Assembly: GCA_049615365.1 (NCBI GenBank)
Contig: JBMZFK010000001.1
Coordinates: forward strand, 1-50,631
Direction of reading: 5' to 3'
Source of the DNA: Candidatus Puniceispirillaceae bacterium
GTDB taxonomy: Bacteria; Pseudomonadota; Alphaproteobacteria; Puniceispirillales; Puniceispirillaceae
Length of the DNA: 50,631 bases
Shown: in pieces, positions 50,149-50,631 of the stretch
Numbering within the stretch: the first letter of the stretch is position 1
Layout: every line of letters begins with the position of its first letter
Notes under the pieces: generated by a model
What the model saw: only the letters and a program-made list of their open reading frames with translations
Database searches by the model: none
What the model was told of the DNA's origin: nothing
Position numbers and translations under genes: made by a program

Positions 50149-50631
50149 ATGGGTCGTTTTATATGTGCAGAAACACCGGGAAACGCAGATGTCCTAGAAC
50201 TTCGCGACAGACCTACCCCAAATCCCGGGGCTGGCCAGGTGGTGGTGGCACAAACAAAGATGGGACTGAACTTTCTGGATGTCTATCAAACTTCAGGGAT
50301 TTATCCATTTCCGGAAAATGATGTATTTGTGCCAGGCAATGAAGGGGTTGGCCGGGTACTGGCAATAGGCGATGGAGTAACCGGATTTGCAGAAGGCGAT
50401 AGGGTTGGCTATCCGATGGTGGTGGGCGCTTTTGCCGAAGAACGGGTTGTTGCGGCAGACAGGCTGGTACATCTGCCAGACGATATCTCGGACGATATGG
50501 CCGCAGCGGCCATGCTAAAAGGGATGACAGTTGAATATTTGCTAACCCGTTCTGTGCCCTTGCAGACTGGCGACAAAGTCTTGTTCCATGCAGCAGCTGG
50601 CGGCGTCGGTTTGCTGGCCGGACAGTGGCTA
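50149..50631 (+). CDS. qor: NADPH:quinone oxidoreductase (zeta-crystallin/MDR family), 3'-truncated
   Basis: Not in the ORF track. AAGGAG RBS, then MGRF...GLNFLDVYQTSGIYP..PGNEGVG.V..GDRV..AAAAMLKGMTVEYL..FHAAAGGVG, running off the window. Confidence 0.88.
   Translation, partial: MGRFICAETPGNADVLELRDRPTPNPGAGQVVVAQTKMGLNFLDVYQTSGIYPFPENDVFVPGNEGVGRVLAIGDGVTGFAEGDRVGYPMVVGAFAEERVVAADRLVHLPDDISDDMAAAAMLKGMTVEYLLTRSVPLQTGDKVLFHAAAGGVGLLAGQWL

Overview
Core-genome segment of an alphaproteobacterium; protein style and gene order suggest a marine SAR116/Rhodospirillales-like lineage (inference). In order it carries corC(partial)-lnt-metK-trmB, rimP-nusA-ylxR-infB-rbfA-truB-rpsO-pnp, and a minus-strand SH3-fabA-fabB-fabI block. 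Next come a glyoxylate reductase gene, minus-strand ubiE-ubiB-coaBC-dut-moeB, mutM-rpsT-dnaA-dnaN-recF-gyrB-regB-regA, and a metabolic tail (metZ, four EamA transporters, HAD, FAH, MBL, rhodanese, FAD/NAD protein, HisD/HpsN-like dehydrogenase-SDR-RraA, Ldh_2, aminotransferase, qor partial). No tRNA, rRNA, CRISPR array or mobile element was seen. The strongest candidate for an undescribed system is a CoaBC with an extra N-terminal Cro/YdaS-like HTH domain, whose own near-consensus promoter is covered by two tandem TTCAC-N6-GTGAA palindromes, suggesting a self-repressing CoA-biosynthesis enzyme. Other notable signals are tandem NrdR-like boxes before dnaN, a perfect three-way-junction element upstream of dnaA, a probable S15 leader inside truB, a RegB with Lys at the His+1 position, and an orphan HpsN-like catabolic cluster. 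All calls are by eye; no searches or folding programs were run.
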